64,000 nt of DNA from Eledone cirrhosa (lineage: Eukaryota): assembly GCA_964016885.1 (NCBI GenBank), contig OZ024742.1, forward strand, positions 172,794,001 through 172,858,000, given 5' to 3'. Below, piece after piece: positions 13,196 to 26,470 of the stretch. The notes beneath the pieces were generated by a model. That model did no database searches. It saw only the letters and a program-made list of their open reading frames with translations, and was not told the DNA's origin. The stretch's first letter is position 1, and every line of letters starts with the position of its first letter. The position numbers and the translations under genes were made by a program.

Positions 13196-13328
13196 CCACA
13201 CACACACACTCACACACGCACACACACACACACACACACACTCACACACACACACACACGCACATATATATATATATATATATATACACATACATATGTA
13301 TATGTATGTATTTATATATATATATATA

Positions 13329-13390
13329 TGAAAAAGTGAGTCCTTCATCAGTGACCCTCCAACCGTCCTCGGTTGGAGGGTCACTGATGA

Positions 13391-13391
<1 letters not shown>
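13329..13391. repeat. Mini fold-back of the end of the 14.2-16.8 kb family
   Basis: TTCATCAGTGACCCTCCAACC-gtcctc-GGTTGGAGGGTCACTGATGAA, within (TA)n. Confidence 0.85.
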
Positions 13392-13425
<34 letters not shown>

Positions 13426-13428
<3 letters not shown>

Positions 13429-13662
13429 CCGAAGCATAAGTCAATTGCATGAACTCATAATCCTATATTTACTGCTATATATATTTCGATGATAGCCATT
13501 CAATGGCTATGATCGACATATATATAGCAGTAAATAAAGGATTATGAGTTCATGCAATTGACTTATGTTTCGTCACTATTATAACTCCGGAACTCATATC
13601 TTCGTTGAGTGGTCCCTATCCGCATACTGAAGTCCTGGATATTACTAACACTTACTTTCTTG

Positions 13663-13665
<3 letters not shown>
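13426..13665. mobile_element. Fold-back PLE terminal fragment centred on HHR stem II
   Basis: Arms 13426-13500 and 13502-13577; the minus strand reads stem II-GAAA-UAUAUA-UA-GCAGU, as in the 18583 HHR; the CUGANGA half is missing. Confidence 0.7.
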
Positions 13666-13701
<36 letters not shown>

Positions 13702-14140
13702 TAACAACTAGAAATGGATTAACATATATATTAAACAATCACAGGGGATAATTTTTACAAGTGTGTAAACACACATAGCTAGGTAGTTATCAAAATAAAG
13801 TTAACTAGAACTTCAAAAATAGATACCTTATAATATGTTTAATCTTCTATGTATATATTCCATTAAAGAAATATATTTGACCAATTAATCGAATCGTAAA
13901 CCACGGAGGCCGATACTTGAATTTTTAACAAGGAAGAAGTCCACCCATCTGTGTTTACGCATTAAGTTCAAATAAGCGATTGCCCAGCAACACGTGCTGT
14001 ATCTACTATATGTTAATCAATTCCCAGTTGTTATAATATGCTCGGACCTATTCATTAGAATCTTGGAGCTTATTTTACGGGTGATATGGCGCATGCCTTT
14101 CTGGCATGAAACCCTTAATTTTTGATATTGATATATATAT

Positions 14141-14169
<29 letters not shown>

Positions 14170-14171
<2 letters not shown>

Positions 14172-16808
14172 ATAATAATGATGGCTACGCGTTGCAAATG
14201 GTGGTGCATATGAAAAAGTAAGTCCTTCATCAGTGACCCTCCAACCGTCCCAGGCATTTCATCGCTTTAAGGGCCATATGCCTCAGGTCGGTGCGAACAA
14301 CGGCTAAAAAAAGTCGTTGGGACACGTAAATAAAGGGGACGTGGGTAACAAACAAAAAGGTTTAAGCAACGGAAAGTGAGAAGAAATAGACAAGTCCCAG
14401 ATCTCCATGAATATAAACTCGGTGAAATCGTGAACAAGAGACAAAAGACCATCAAACCTGGTTGAAATGTGGGCAAGGAAAGAATTTCGCACAGGTCTAA
14501 CGGGGGGGGGGGAGAAAAAGAAGAAGAAGAAGAAGAAGAAGAAGAAGAAGAAGAAGAAGAAGAAGAAGAAGAAGAAGAAGATAAAGGGGTCTGGTCTACG
14601 AATTCGGTATACATAAGATTTGCGAAGTCGCAGACGAAAGAGAGAGAGAGAAAAAACTTCCATACCAGCTTGACCAAGAGCGCGAGAGAAAAGAATTACA
14701 CACAGGTCAAACTTGAAGGAGGAGGAAGAAAGAGGAGGAGAAGAGGTAGTGACACAGAATGAGTGAGTGAAAGTTGAGGAGGAGGCTAACAGAGAGAGAT
14801 ACTGCTAGAAAGGGTAAAAGGTACAAAGAACGAGAAAGGTTAAAAGGTACAAAGAACGAAACAGACGGGTGGCAGCAGAAGAAAAATTATGTGTAAATAT
14901 GATAATAATGATGGCTGCGCGTTGCAAATGGTGGTGCATATGAAAAAATAAGTCCTTCATCAGTGCCCCTTCAACCGTCCCAGGCATTTCATCGCTTTAA
15001 GGGCCATTTGCCTCAGGTTGGTGCGAACAACGGCTAAAAAAAGTCGTTGGGACACGTAAATAAAGGGGACGTGGGTAACAAACAAAAATGTTTAAGCAAC
15101 GGAAAGTGAGAAGAAATAGACAAGTCCCAGATCTCTATGAATATAAACTCGGTGAAATCGTGAACAAGAGACAAAAGACCATGAAACATGGTTGAAATGT
15201 GAGCAAGGAAAGAATTTCGCACAGGTCTAACGGAGGGGAAGAAAAAGAAGAAGAAGAAGAAGAAGAAGAAGAAGAAGAAGAAGAAGAAGAAGAAGAAGAA
15301 GAAGAAGAAGAAGAAGAAGAAGAAGAAGAAGAAGAAGAAGAAGAAGAAGAAGAAGATGAAGGGGTCTGGTCTACGAATTCGGTATACATAAGTTTTGCGA
15401 AGTCGCAGACGAAAGAGAGAGAGAGAAAAAACTTCCATACCAGCTTGACCAAGACCGCGAGAGAAAAGAATTACACACAGGTCAAACTTGAAGGAGGAGG
15501 AAGAAAGAGGAGGAGAAGAGGTAGTGACACAGAACGAGTGAGTGAAAGTTGAGGAGGGGGCTAACAGAGAGAGAGACTGCTAGAAAGGGTAAAAGGTACA
15601 AAGAACGAGAAAGGTTAAAAGGTACAAAGAACGAAACAGACGAGTGGCAGCAGAAGAAAAATTATGTGTAAATATGATAATAATGATGGCTGCGCGTTGC
15701 AAATGGTGGTGCATATGAAAAAGTAAGTCCTTCATCAGTAACCCTCCAACCGTCCCAGGCATTTCATCGCTTTAAGGGCCATATGCCTCAGGTTGGTGCG
15801 AACAACGGCTAAAAATGTCGTTGAGACACGTTTGCTTAAACCTTTTTGTTTGTTAACCACGTCCCCTTTATTTACGTGTCCCAACGACTTTTTTTAGCCG
15901 TTGTTCGCACCAACCTGAGGCATATGGCCCTTAAAGCGATGAAATGCCTGGGACGGTTGGAGGGTCATGATGAAGGACTTACTTTTTCATATGCACCACC
16001 ATTTGCAACGCGCAACCATCATTATTATCATATTTACACATAATTTTTCTTATGCTGCCACTCGTCTGTTTCGTTCTTTGAACCTTTTAACCTTTTTCGT
16101 TCTTTGTACCTTTTACCCTTTCTAGCAGTCTCTCTCTCTGTTAGCCTCCTCCTCAACTTTCACTCACTCATTCTCTGTCACTACCTCTCCACCTCCTCTT
16201 TCCTCCTCCTCCTTCAAGTTTGACCTGTGTGTAATTCTTTTCTCGCGCGGTCTTGGTCAAGCTGGTATGGAATTTTTTTCCCTCTCTTTCGTCTGCGACT
16301 TCACAAAACTTATGTTTACCGAATTCGTAGACCAGACCCCTTTATATTCTTCTTCTTCTTCTTCTTCTTCTTCTTCTTCTTCTTCTTCTTCTTCTTCTTC
16401 TTCTTCTTCTTCTTCTTCTTCTTCTTCTTTTTCTTCTTCTTCTTCTTCTTCTTCTTCTTCTTCTTCTTCTTCTTCCCCTCCGTTAGACCTGTGCGAAATT
16501 CTTTCCTTGCTCACATTTCAACCAGGTTTGATGGTCTTTTGTCTCTTGCTCACGATTTCACCGAGTTTATATTCATAGAGATCTGGGACTTGTCTATTTC
16601 TTCTCACTTTCTGTTGCTTAAACCTTTCTGTTTGTTACCCACGTCCCCTTTATTTACGTGTCCCAACGACTTTTTTTATCCGTTGTTCGCACCAACCTGA
16701 GGCATATGGCCCTTAAAGCGATGAAATGCCTGGGACGGTTGGAGGGTCACTGATGAAGGACTTACTTTTTCATATGCACCACCATTTGCAACGCGTAGCC
16801 ATCATTAT

Positions 16809-16812
<4 letters not shown>
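14170..16812. repeat. Tandem plus inverted array of a non-coding 730-780 bp unit with an internal (GAA)n tract
   Basis: Minus-orientation units start near 14170, 14900 and 15676; inversion junction near 15831; plus-orientation units run to 16812; periods 730, 775 and 782 bp differ mainly by (GAA)n length; (TA)n on both sides. Confidence 0.92.
16700..16761 (+). ncRNA. Candidate permuted hammerhead-like motif (also 15918-15973 +; 14227-14283, 14957-15013 and 15732-15788 -)
   Basis: AGGCA-UA-UGGCCCU / uaaagcgau-GAAA-UGCCU / gggacgguugg-AGGGUCA-CUGAUGA-aggac: stem III (6 bp), stem I (7 bp) and both core boxes are present, but the strand order is non-canonical and stem II is poor. Confidence 0.4.
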
Positions 16813-16841
<29 letters not shown>

Positions 16842-16844
<3 letters not shown>

Positions 16845-17060
16845 AGTGGTAGAAGACTGGAAGGTAATATCCGTAGTGGTAGATTACTCAGTCCATGAGA
16901 CGAGCTAGTTAGGAGTGGTTGCACAACAGTTAGTTCACCATACCGAGAAGAATTGTTTTACTTTAGCGGATCTGCAGCTCGTAATTGATTAGGAGCTGAG
17001 GATCCGCTAAGGTGAAACAATTGTTGTCGGTATGGTGAACTAATTGTTGTGTAACCACAT
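16842..17060. mobile_element. Fold-back of family F pLTR with an HHR in each arm
   Basis: Turn near 16985; right arm GAG-CUGAGGA-UCCGCUAAGGU-GAAA-CAAUUG-UU (16993-17028); the left arm is a decayed mirror. Confidence 0.75.
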
Positions 17061-17061
17061 G

Positions 17062-17123
<62 letters not shown>

Positions 17124-17126
17124 CAT

Positions 17127-17562
<436 letters not shown>

Positions 17563-18189
17563 TATATATATACTGACATCGGAAGAGAGAGAAAAGGGGT
17601 AACAAGGAAAATGCGAAGTTTGTTGTAGATGTTAAAGAGTCCATTATTTATAAGGCTGTGAGATGAATTTCAATGATGATTGTGGCCATATGATTTTTAA
17701 ATCACGTTGCTAGTAACCTGCGCTCATCAGGAAGCACCATTATGTATCAATGTTAGCACCATCATGTATTACGTTCTCAAGGCAGTCTAAACCAAGATAA
17801 GAGGCAAGGGAACGGACACAAATAATGTTTTCGTAGTCATCTACAGTTCCCTTGTGAGCTTCAGTTCTCCTCGAAAGATTTGACAAATAACCACTTGATA
17901 ATTTTCCCTTTCCAAAATATCACTGGCAACGCTCATTTGGAAAATTTCTTCTTTGATTGTGAGGTCTTTTGAAATGCCGTTGTCTCACAGCTAGGGATAT
18001 CCTAAAACTTCAAGTTGCAAATTACACAGTGAAACTGCTGTATTGACACTGAAGAAAATTTAGGTTATTTTTATTGTATTTGCTCTTCTCTCTTATAAAT
18101 TTATAATTTTTTACTACTTGATTATTTATTCATTCATCGAGTAAACCTGGTAGAGGATGATGGTCACACTGTATATGTGTTTATAATTA

Positions 18190-18317
<128 letters not shown>

Positions 18318-18365
18318 AAATAAGTTAAATAAAAGTCAAATGATTAAAATTTAGCTTCGTTTATT

Positions 18366-18420
18366 ACTGCTATATATATTTCAGTGACAGCCATCTTTGG
18401 CTGTGACCTCTTCAGGCAGT
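18366..18420 (-). ncRNA. Type-I hammerhead ribozyme (intact; mirror of 18583-18637)
   Basis: Exact reverse complement of 18583-18637. Confidence 0.85.
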
Positions 18421-18582
18421 TTGAATTAGTATGGTATAGACAAGTACATATGTTGTTTAGGAGTCATATGACTCCAGTTCCTCAGTGAAATAACAACCCA
18501 ACAAGGAACTGGGCATATCAGAGTATTCACAATATTATACACCTAAACAACATATGTACTTGTCTATACCATACTAATTCAA

Positions 18583-18637
18583 ACTGCCTGAAGAGGTCAC
18601 AGCCAAAGATGGCTGTCACTGAAATATATATAGCAGT
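18583..18637 (+). ncRNA. Type-I hammerhead ribozyme (intact)
   Basis: ACUGC|CUGAAGA|GGUCACAGCC-aaagau-GGCUGUCACU|GAAA|UAUAUA|UA|GCAGU. Confidence 0.88.
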
Positions 18638-18779
18638 AATAAACGAAGCTAAATTTTAATCATTTGACTTTTATTTAACTTTATTTTACACTACTCCGGA
18701 GAAACCAAACCAACCTGCGCACTTCGTCGAGTGCACCAGCCTGCATACTGAGGTGTTGGTATACAACCAACATAAACTC

Positions 18780-18899
<120 letters not shown>

Positions 18900-19607
18900 T
18901 ATATGTATCTTCACTAATTTTGTTCTACACTCCCTTGCAGTTGAGTGGAATATTAAACTCAAATAGAAGGCTTCATCTAACACCTCAATTACCCGCCAAT
19001 GGTCCACCTTCGCTAACCTTCTATATGACAACAAACCACGTGATAATTTTACATTTCGAAAATATCACTGGGAAAGTTTATTTGGAAAATGTTTTCGTAG
19101 ATTCAGCAGTCCCTTGAAAAGCCGTTGCCCCACAGCTACGGATATACTAAAAGATCCAAGCTGCAACTCACACGGTCGGTGAAACTGCAGTCAAGGCACT
19201 TAAGTAAACCTAGGTGACTTTGTATCTTATTACCTCTTCCCAAGTCAATATTTTGTACCAAATTATAGGTACAAATGATATATTTCTTTCTATAAATGAA
19301 AAGATGTGTTGGCATTATCGATCTAGTTAACTGCGAGTAACTACATACACATAAAATATCTTGCCCCTTTTCATATCTAATGATCCAGCAAGTTATTGAA
19401 TGAAAGGGCGAAATTCGTTTTATTTGGATTACGTTTTCATTGGATTCCTATCTCTCTAATATTACAATGTGTCTTATTAATCTTGCCTCAATATAACTAT
19501 GATTGGATCTGGATGCGAACTCTTCCGATATTTGTCAGCGCATGATACTGTATGCTATGGAACATCATTTAAATATTGAATAACACTGACTATAATAATA
19601 ATATTTT

Positions 19608-20190
19608 AACAATAACTTTACAAGTACTTAACTGTATCTTCATGAAATAACAAGCATTCCAGGAATATTATCTGTCAGGTGAAGACATTATTTCATTGTT
19701 CTCGCCTTCAATATCTCCGAACAGAATATATATAAGCATTTATTAGTATCAGCTCATCAAACATTAATAAATTACATGTGCCGAGAATTGCTCTGTGTCT
19801 TAACGTCAATGGATTTCTATAATAATCGTTATAACATTAATGACACTGCCGCATCAACATTTTCTAGTGATTTATAAAATCCTTCCTCACATTAACCCGG
19901 TTGTTCTGTTCAGGATCCTTAATATTTTATTCTTGAAGAACTATTAAATAAAATACAAACATATTTCCAGGCTGCAGAAAACCTGACAGTAATGAATCTT
20001 TATATAATCAAATAATCAAAGATATGCGAAATAAATGTTCGTCTACTTCCTAATATGAATATTTGCTACTGAAACTGATAGTTATATACCACGGAAAATA
20101 TATGGATCTATTTTTTTAGTTATATATGATATCATCGGGTGATACGTTCAAAGGTTTTACATATATAACAAACCCATGCGGTACTCTCGG
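19608..20190 (+). pseudogene. Possible piggyBac-like transposase relic
   Basis: Fragmented translations AFQEYYLSGEDIISLFSPSISPNR, INDTAA..PG..QDP, ILEELLNKIQTYFQAAENLTV and TNPCGTL recall piggyBac blocks (DYW..MSRNRF, LHFND, ..GENLTIDE, ACGT). Judged by eye only; heavily decayed. Confidence 0.35.
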
Positions 20191-20728
20191 TTTCGCTGTG
20201 TAAAGAAAAGACACAGGAATGCGCATTGCAACAGTTATATACGTATGCAACAGAACACACATACATATATGTATGTATATATGTGTATACGTATATATAT
20301 GTATGGTGGCTGCCAACTCGTTTTCGAGTACGGCCACTACTTTATATCCATGTAGGAGAACCCCTACCGATGCGCTGAACGAATGTGACTTTTTAGTCCA
20401 GCCAGCGACTTGAAAACTCTGGTACAAAGACTACACTTGTGACCATTATTGACACATAGTGCAGGGCCCATGGTACCATGTGATGACAAGTGCAGAGAGA
20501 TCTCCAGATATAAAGCAATGCCTGTGCTGTGAAGCTTTTATAGTGAGCAAAGGCACTGCACAAAGCCAGTCCCACTCTCTTAACCAAGATGATATTTACC
20601 AAAAAGAAGAACAAGTCAACATCATTGGATACCATCAGGGTTGCAGGTGTTATATCAGAGTTTTCCTTCTCCTAGAATTCTGCCTTGACAAAGGCTAAGG
20701 GGTCATCTCTCCTCTATATGTATATACG

Positions 20729-20875
<147 letters not shown>

Positions 20876-21679
20876 TACTTTGATAACTTTGATAGGTTTC
20901 GGCCAGTATTGGCCCAGGCCATGTCTAACATAATAGAACCACCTGGCGCTATTATATATATATGGAAGTTTAGTAAAATCGAAGCTTCGGCTGTAGCCAA
21001 ACCAACGAGATACGATGAGTTATTGGGCAGCCAAGCACTCAATGAGGAGTATCAGAGTAATAACATTCGTTAGACGGCTTGACAAATTGAAAACTGTGGC
21101 AGTTAGGCAGGCCCAGCCACAGCACCGAAGCAACGAGAAAACCAACAGGTTAATAATATAATAGATATACCCACACACACACAAACACACACACATACAT
21201 ACCCATACACACACACATATACACACACACACACATATATATATATATACAGAATTAAATTGAGGGTGTCATGCTCAAAGATTCCAATGAATAGATCCGA
21301 GCATTTTAGATCAAATATGATTGTTTCATATGTTTATTTTGGATAAATATATATATGTCAATCAATTTCTAATTGATATATATATATATATACTGACGTG
21401 AGATAAACCACAGCAGACACACAAGCCCAACATCTGAGAGTATAAGATTGTGAATCTGGTAAAGTAAATAAATAAATAAAAAACTCCAGTTACATTTTCC
21501 AATTCTATTCCTTATACTTTCACCCGTTTTGGACATCTGATCTTTTATTTTTTTTAAAATACCCCACATTTTCATATATATATATATATATATATATACA
21601 TACATACACACACACACCCACACACAAACACACACACACACGCACACACACACACACACATACGTATATATATATATAT

Positions 21680-23828
21680 AGGAAAAAGTATGACCCAACG
21701 GCAGAGCTCAAGCCGTTTCGACGGCTATTTCTGGACTAAATTGGAATGTTTAACCTAGTGAATAAATAGCCAAACATTTCAAGGGGGTACTTCTTTATAT
21801 GGGAAGATTGTAGTTGTCAAGAGGATTGGTTAAAATTTGTTGTAAACACAAATAAGTCTTATCATGGCATTTGGTGGGAGGTAGGGGTGGCTGAACTTGC
21901 CTGTAGAACAATAGGGGAGTGAGTGGAGCGGACAAGCGTTGGAAGTGATATGTATACGGTAGATTCTGAGAATAGAGTATGAAGTGGAGGAGGGAGGTTA
22001 TAGAATAGGTAAATCGAATGAGAGTAGGAGACAATAAAAGATAATCAAGAAATAAAAAATATATAAAATTAGATAGTGAGAAATGAATAAAAAAAATCAC
22101 GATGCTATCTTACAATTACAGGTTAATAAGTTGAGAATAGAAAAAAACTTGTAGAAATAGAGTAGTACCAGAACTGATACAGAATTAAAGGGGTTTTAAG
22201 ACGTCTGCTATAAGTAGTTAGTAAAACGTATTCGGCCAATTCTATCTTAAGATTACAGGGGTAGGGGAACTGATGCTACAGACGCCCAATGGGCTGCATC
22301 GGGGTAGGCGAAGGGGAACAACAGACGAGGAATAAACTAGGGGGTTGAAGGAAGTGATAGGATGAGACAGGGGCAAGAAAACAAAGAGAAAAAGAAAAGA
22401 GATACATCTACCTAAGAAAGCTGGGGTTTCCGGTAACTTATTCGGCAAGTAGGGGGGTATCAGCCCCTGTCTACCCACCCGGGTCGTTATGGCGTTTGAG
22501 GGCGAGGTAAGTCCTACGCAACCTGTGTTTGCATGCGATTACCAGTTCCTCTTTCTTATTTAGGAGTTGGTCTTTGAAAACAGCATTTGTAATGTTTCCT
22601 ACGAGCATCAGTTACACGGACGGCGTCCTGCCGTGTAAGAGTTAGTTTAGACAGTAAGCTCCAAGTGAGATTGTAGGTTATATTTTATCTTGGAGGTCCC
22701 AGATGTGGCCCTAAAGTGTAGTGGCATGTAGCCGGATCAGGTTTCGGAAAGTATGTCGCTGTTGGTAGAGCCGGGTCTTGAAGTCATACGCGATTAATTC
22801 TACATAAGCCTTGTTGGAGGTGTCGGTCCTCACGTTGTACTGGTAGATCACGTTACGTTCTCGGCATTTGTTGTTGAGGAAGCACGTAGATCCATCAGGG
22901 CAGTTACACCTCCTGGTCGGCTCTCCACTGATGTCTAGGTTATTTCTTCCATAGGGGCTGCGTTTTTTGTTGTTTGAGGAGACGATGTTTTGTGCGAAGT
23001 TAGGTATGGTGTTGTAGGAGAGTTTGATGGTGTTTTTGTTGATTATGTTGTGGTAACCGTGTTGTAGTGGAAAGTGTTTTTCGAGGTGTCTAAAGAATAA
23101 TTTCTCGATAGTTGTTGCCACCCCGGCATTATTGCGAGGTTTGAACCACGTTACGTTGCGTGAGCGGCAGTGTCGCCTGCTGGATCCGCTAAGGGAAGCT
23201 GGATAATAGGATATTTCCTTCCGGAAGCCACTCCGCTTGAAGGCCTGGTTGTAATGAGGCGCGTGTTCGTCGAATATCTGCTCATTAGCGGACAAACGAG
23301 ATATGCGGAGGGAGATATTTTTAACCACATTATTGCTGATGTTTCTAGGATGGTTAGAGCGGCATTGGATGTAGTGCAGGTTGTCGTTTGGTTTCCTGTA
23401 TGGGTAGTACAGCTCATTTTCGAGGTTAGGTGTAACTTCCAGGAAATTGACTCGGGTTGGGGACGTTTGTAGGGTGATTTTAAATCCCCAGTCCCGGAAG
23501 AAGTTGATTAGCTATTTACGGACCCGGTCTGTACTAGTGGGATTGTACCCCTTGAGGGTGAGGAGCCCATCATCCCGGTACAATTCACCGCCGAATACAG
23601 GAAACATTTCAGTGAGTTTAAATAGTAGGAATAATCCTATAAAATCTGTGACCTCAGCCGAATCCGTCGCGCCCATACTGACGTCGAAGGGGGAGTCGTG
23701 AGCTCTCTCTATCCACTTAGAGTTGTCGAAAAGTAGGACTGTCTTCCTGGCGCGGAGCATGATATTTCTTTCCTGCTCATTGATGGGTGTGAGTATTTCT
23801 GCAAAGTCCAAGGCGGCCGTAAGGAGCA
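21680..23828 (-). mobile_element. 5'-truncated Penelope-like element, family D (diverged copy)
   Basis: ORFs 23512-23829 (GELYRDDGL) and 22711-23328 (CNC..VIYQ..FKTR) are homologous to 7214-8389; ends in a family-D pLTR with a decayed HHR (about 21690-21790) and (TA)n. Confidence 0.9.
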
Positions 23829-23998
23829 TATATATTGGTTAACAAGGTATTGTTTAAGGTAATCCAGTTAGATGTTGTGAGTACTCTGTACTGTGGCTAG
23901 TTTTAACTTACGGCGTTATTTGACTCAACAAGAAGTTTCCTTAGTTAGGTGGTGAGTTTACGTGAATTCCCATGTAGGTGATTCTTGGAGTAATAATT

Positions 23999-24217
23999 GT
24001 GAAAGAGTGAAGAATAACATGGTCGGCTGTACAAACATACTTTTAGTTACAGTATTAACAATTGTTTCGTTGATAAGGTGAGTCTAAAGGCCGCTAATCT
24101 CTAGAAATTGCGTCACTTGACCTTAAATACAGCGTGTGTCTCTGGTCAATGAAACAATTGTTAATACTGTAAATAAAACTCTTTGTGTACATCCGACAAT
24201 GTTATTGTTTCACTCTT

Positions 24218-24222
<5 letters not shown>
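23999..24222. mobile_element. Fold-back PLE terminal fragment with an HHR 3' half in each arm
   Basis: Arms about 23999-24073 and 24146-24222; GAAA-CAAUUG-UU-AAUACUG at 24151-24169; followed by (TA)n. Confidence 0.6.
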
Positions 24223-24266
<44 letters not shown>

Positions 24267-24806
24267 CTGTGTGTGTGTGTAAATATGTATTTCTCACATA
24301 CAATTAATACCAGCGCAGGTATTTCTCATAAGGTATACTTACAATATACTTTTAAAGTGTGAGACCGCTTCAATGTCTCTGAAAATAATAACCAAATGTT
24401 CTCAACTGCATCTACCCATTAAGACTTGCATAAATTAAGTCTTTGTGCGAATAGCATTGCAACACTTAACTATACCCGTAGGTTGTGTGTTGGAAATAAG
24501 GATACAGTATGTGTCCGAGGAAGATTGATTTCTACACCGTAAACTATACAGTAAAGCTAAATTAACATTTCTATCCTGGTGGTTAACTTGAGCTGAAGGC
24601 GAATATAAATGATAATTTATCTGTTTGTATCTCGCTTTGTTATAGTACTTCTCGCTTGCTTTTGTGTAAATATATCTATAGAACATTGCTCGAATGTAAT
24701 ATTTGCTTTTCCTCCTTTTAGTTTAATGAAATAATAATAGAATATTTTCCCTTCCCTTAAATATCAGGTCTCATGCGAAAATTAGAATCATTATTATTAT
24801 TATTAT

Positions 24807-26340
24807 TTCATCATGCAGTGTAGATGTAAAATGCACGGGAATACTTAGTCATATGCCAAGTCACAAGATACTCAGGTCGATAATACTTTAATAATTCCTT
24901 GAAATTTGCGCAGTGCTTAAAAATGCGTCTTTGAATTTCAATGGTATTGACCCTAATAAGGCTCTCGCAACCTTGTATCATTGTCACATTATTCTCTTTT
25001 ATTCTAAATATTCTTGCGATCTCCCCTACCAGTTCGGAGTTCTTGGGAACTGTTTAACCTCTTTAGTCACAATATTCGTGTAATTGAGAAAGGCTACGTG
25101 TATGATCTGAAAGTATTTCAGTTTCTTGTTCAATACACCAATGTTCGGTGCGTGGTACTCAATTACTCTATCGGTTTTAAAATCCTAATCACAGAATCAC
25201 GTTGCTTTTACATCCGTCTGCATTAATTTACGAGGCACATGTTCATACCAATTCTCTACTACTTCATATTGGTATTTATGACATAACAGCCAATGGATGG
25301 TTAAACTCTTCTTTTCCAACCATTTATACTGCATTTATACTCATATATTATGCTGCATATTGCAACTAATTTTCGTTACGGTCTACCAAAGATTTTCTTA
25401 GCGTTCTCCTTTCCAGTTGGAATTTCAAATCATTTTGACTCTTTGTAAATGTCTCTTTAACCTTTTGCTGTATGTGTGCATGTAAAATGCCATCCAAGGT
25501 GAAAACGAGTCACCTAGGAGACACCACTTTTAATTTCTACGTCTCAAAGAAATACATTGTTCGAGGTCAATTTGGTCTTCTACTCTAGCATACTATGTAA
25601 AATAAACTTTGTGATGTTGTCAGCAATACCATTAATCTGCAAGCATTCACACAATCCAGGAATCAGTTACCATATCATATGCTTTCTTTATGTCAATCCT
25701 GACCATTGACATGATGGTATGTTGTTTTACACAGGGTCTTAAAACGCTCATATTGATCAACATCTGATCATTGTTACCCTGAGATATTTTACATCCTTTT
25801 TTCTCTTAGTAATATCTGGTCCTGTAAAGAAACATGTATATGCCTTCTCTACAACTATCCCGGTAAGTATCTTCCACATTAAGTGCAGTCATGCTATACG
25901 CCAGTAGTTGCCTTCAACATTCACCTTACATCTATATTCTATTATAATCATTGTTCCTTCAGTTACCAGCCCAGACGGAGCTGCAATGCCCTGGACACAT
26001 TAATTCAGTTGAATTGCCAGTGTTTCACGAACAACATCAAATCTTTTCATCCGAAAGCCATGGATCCCATCTGGATCGGGAGGTTTTCAGTTTGGTAACT
26101 TGGCCACTTGATGCCTCACAACAATTGTGCCAATTGTAATATCTCTCTGCCTATTCCCCCTCGGAATTCTGTCTTCATGGTTTCGAACCACTGAGCCTCT
26201 CTTCTAATTATCTCAGTGTTTCCTCATATCCCATTTCAGAACTCTTTGACCTGGTCAGCATTAGGAACACACCCTTCCTGTTATCTCCTTCCGACGCACG
26301 CAAGAATTGTTTTGAAACAGACTATTCTCTTCATCTTTAT
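24807..26340 (-). mobile_element. Old degraded R4/Dong-type LINE relic
   Basis: Minus-strand remnants such as KPPDPDGIHGFRMK (cf. KSPGPDGVQGYWIK), LMWKILTG and KKGCK..DQMLIN; 3' end at a short (TAT)n near 24790-24806. Confidence 0.65.
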
Positions 26341-26342
26341 AA

Positions 26343-26404
26343 TTCTTCTTCTTCTTCTTCTTCTTCTTCTTCTTCTTCTTCTTCTTCTTCTTCTTCTTCT
26401 TCTT

Positions 26405-26435
<31 letters not shown>

Positions 26436-26470
26436 TTATTATTATTATTATTATTATTATTGTTATTGTT
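26343..26470. repeat. (CTT)n-(TTA)n compound microsatellite; 3' tail or target of the R4 element
   Basis: Read directly from the sequence. Confidence 0.95.

Noticed and set aside
16692-16742. Canonical type-I hammerhead reading CCAAC-CUGAGGC..GAAA..GUUGG, or a pistol ribozyme (GCCCU..AAGCG similarity)
   Set aside because: The core would lack A9 and the UH cleavage site, and the pistol P1/pseudoknot arrangement is not present in the right order.
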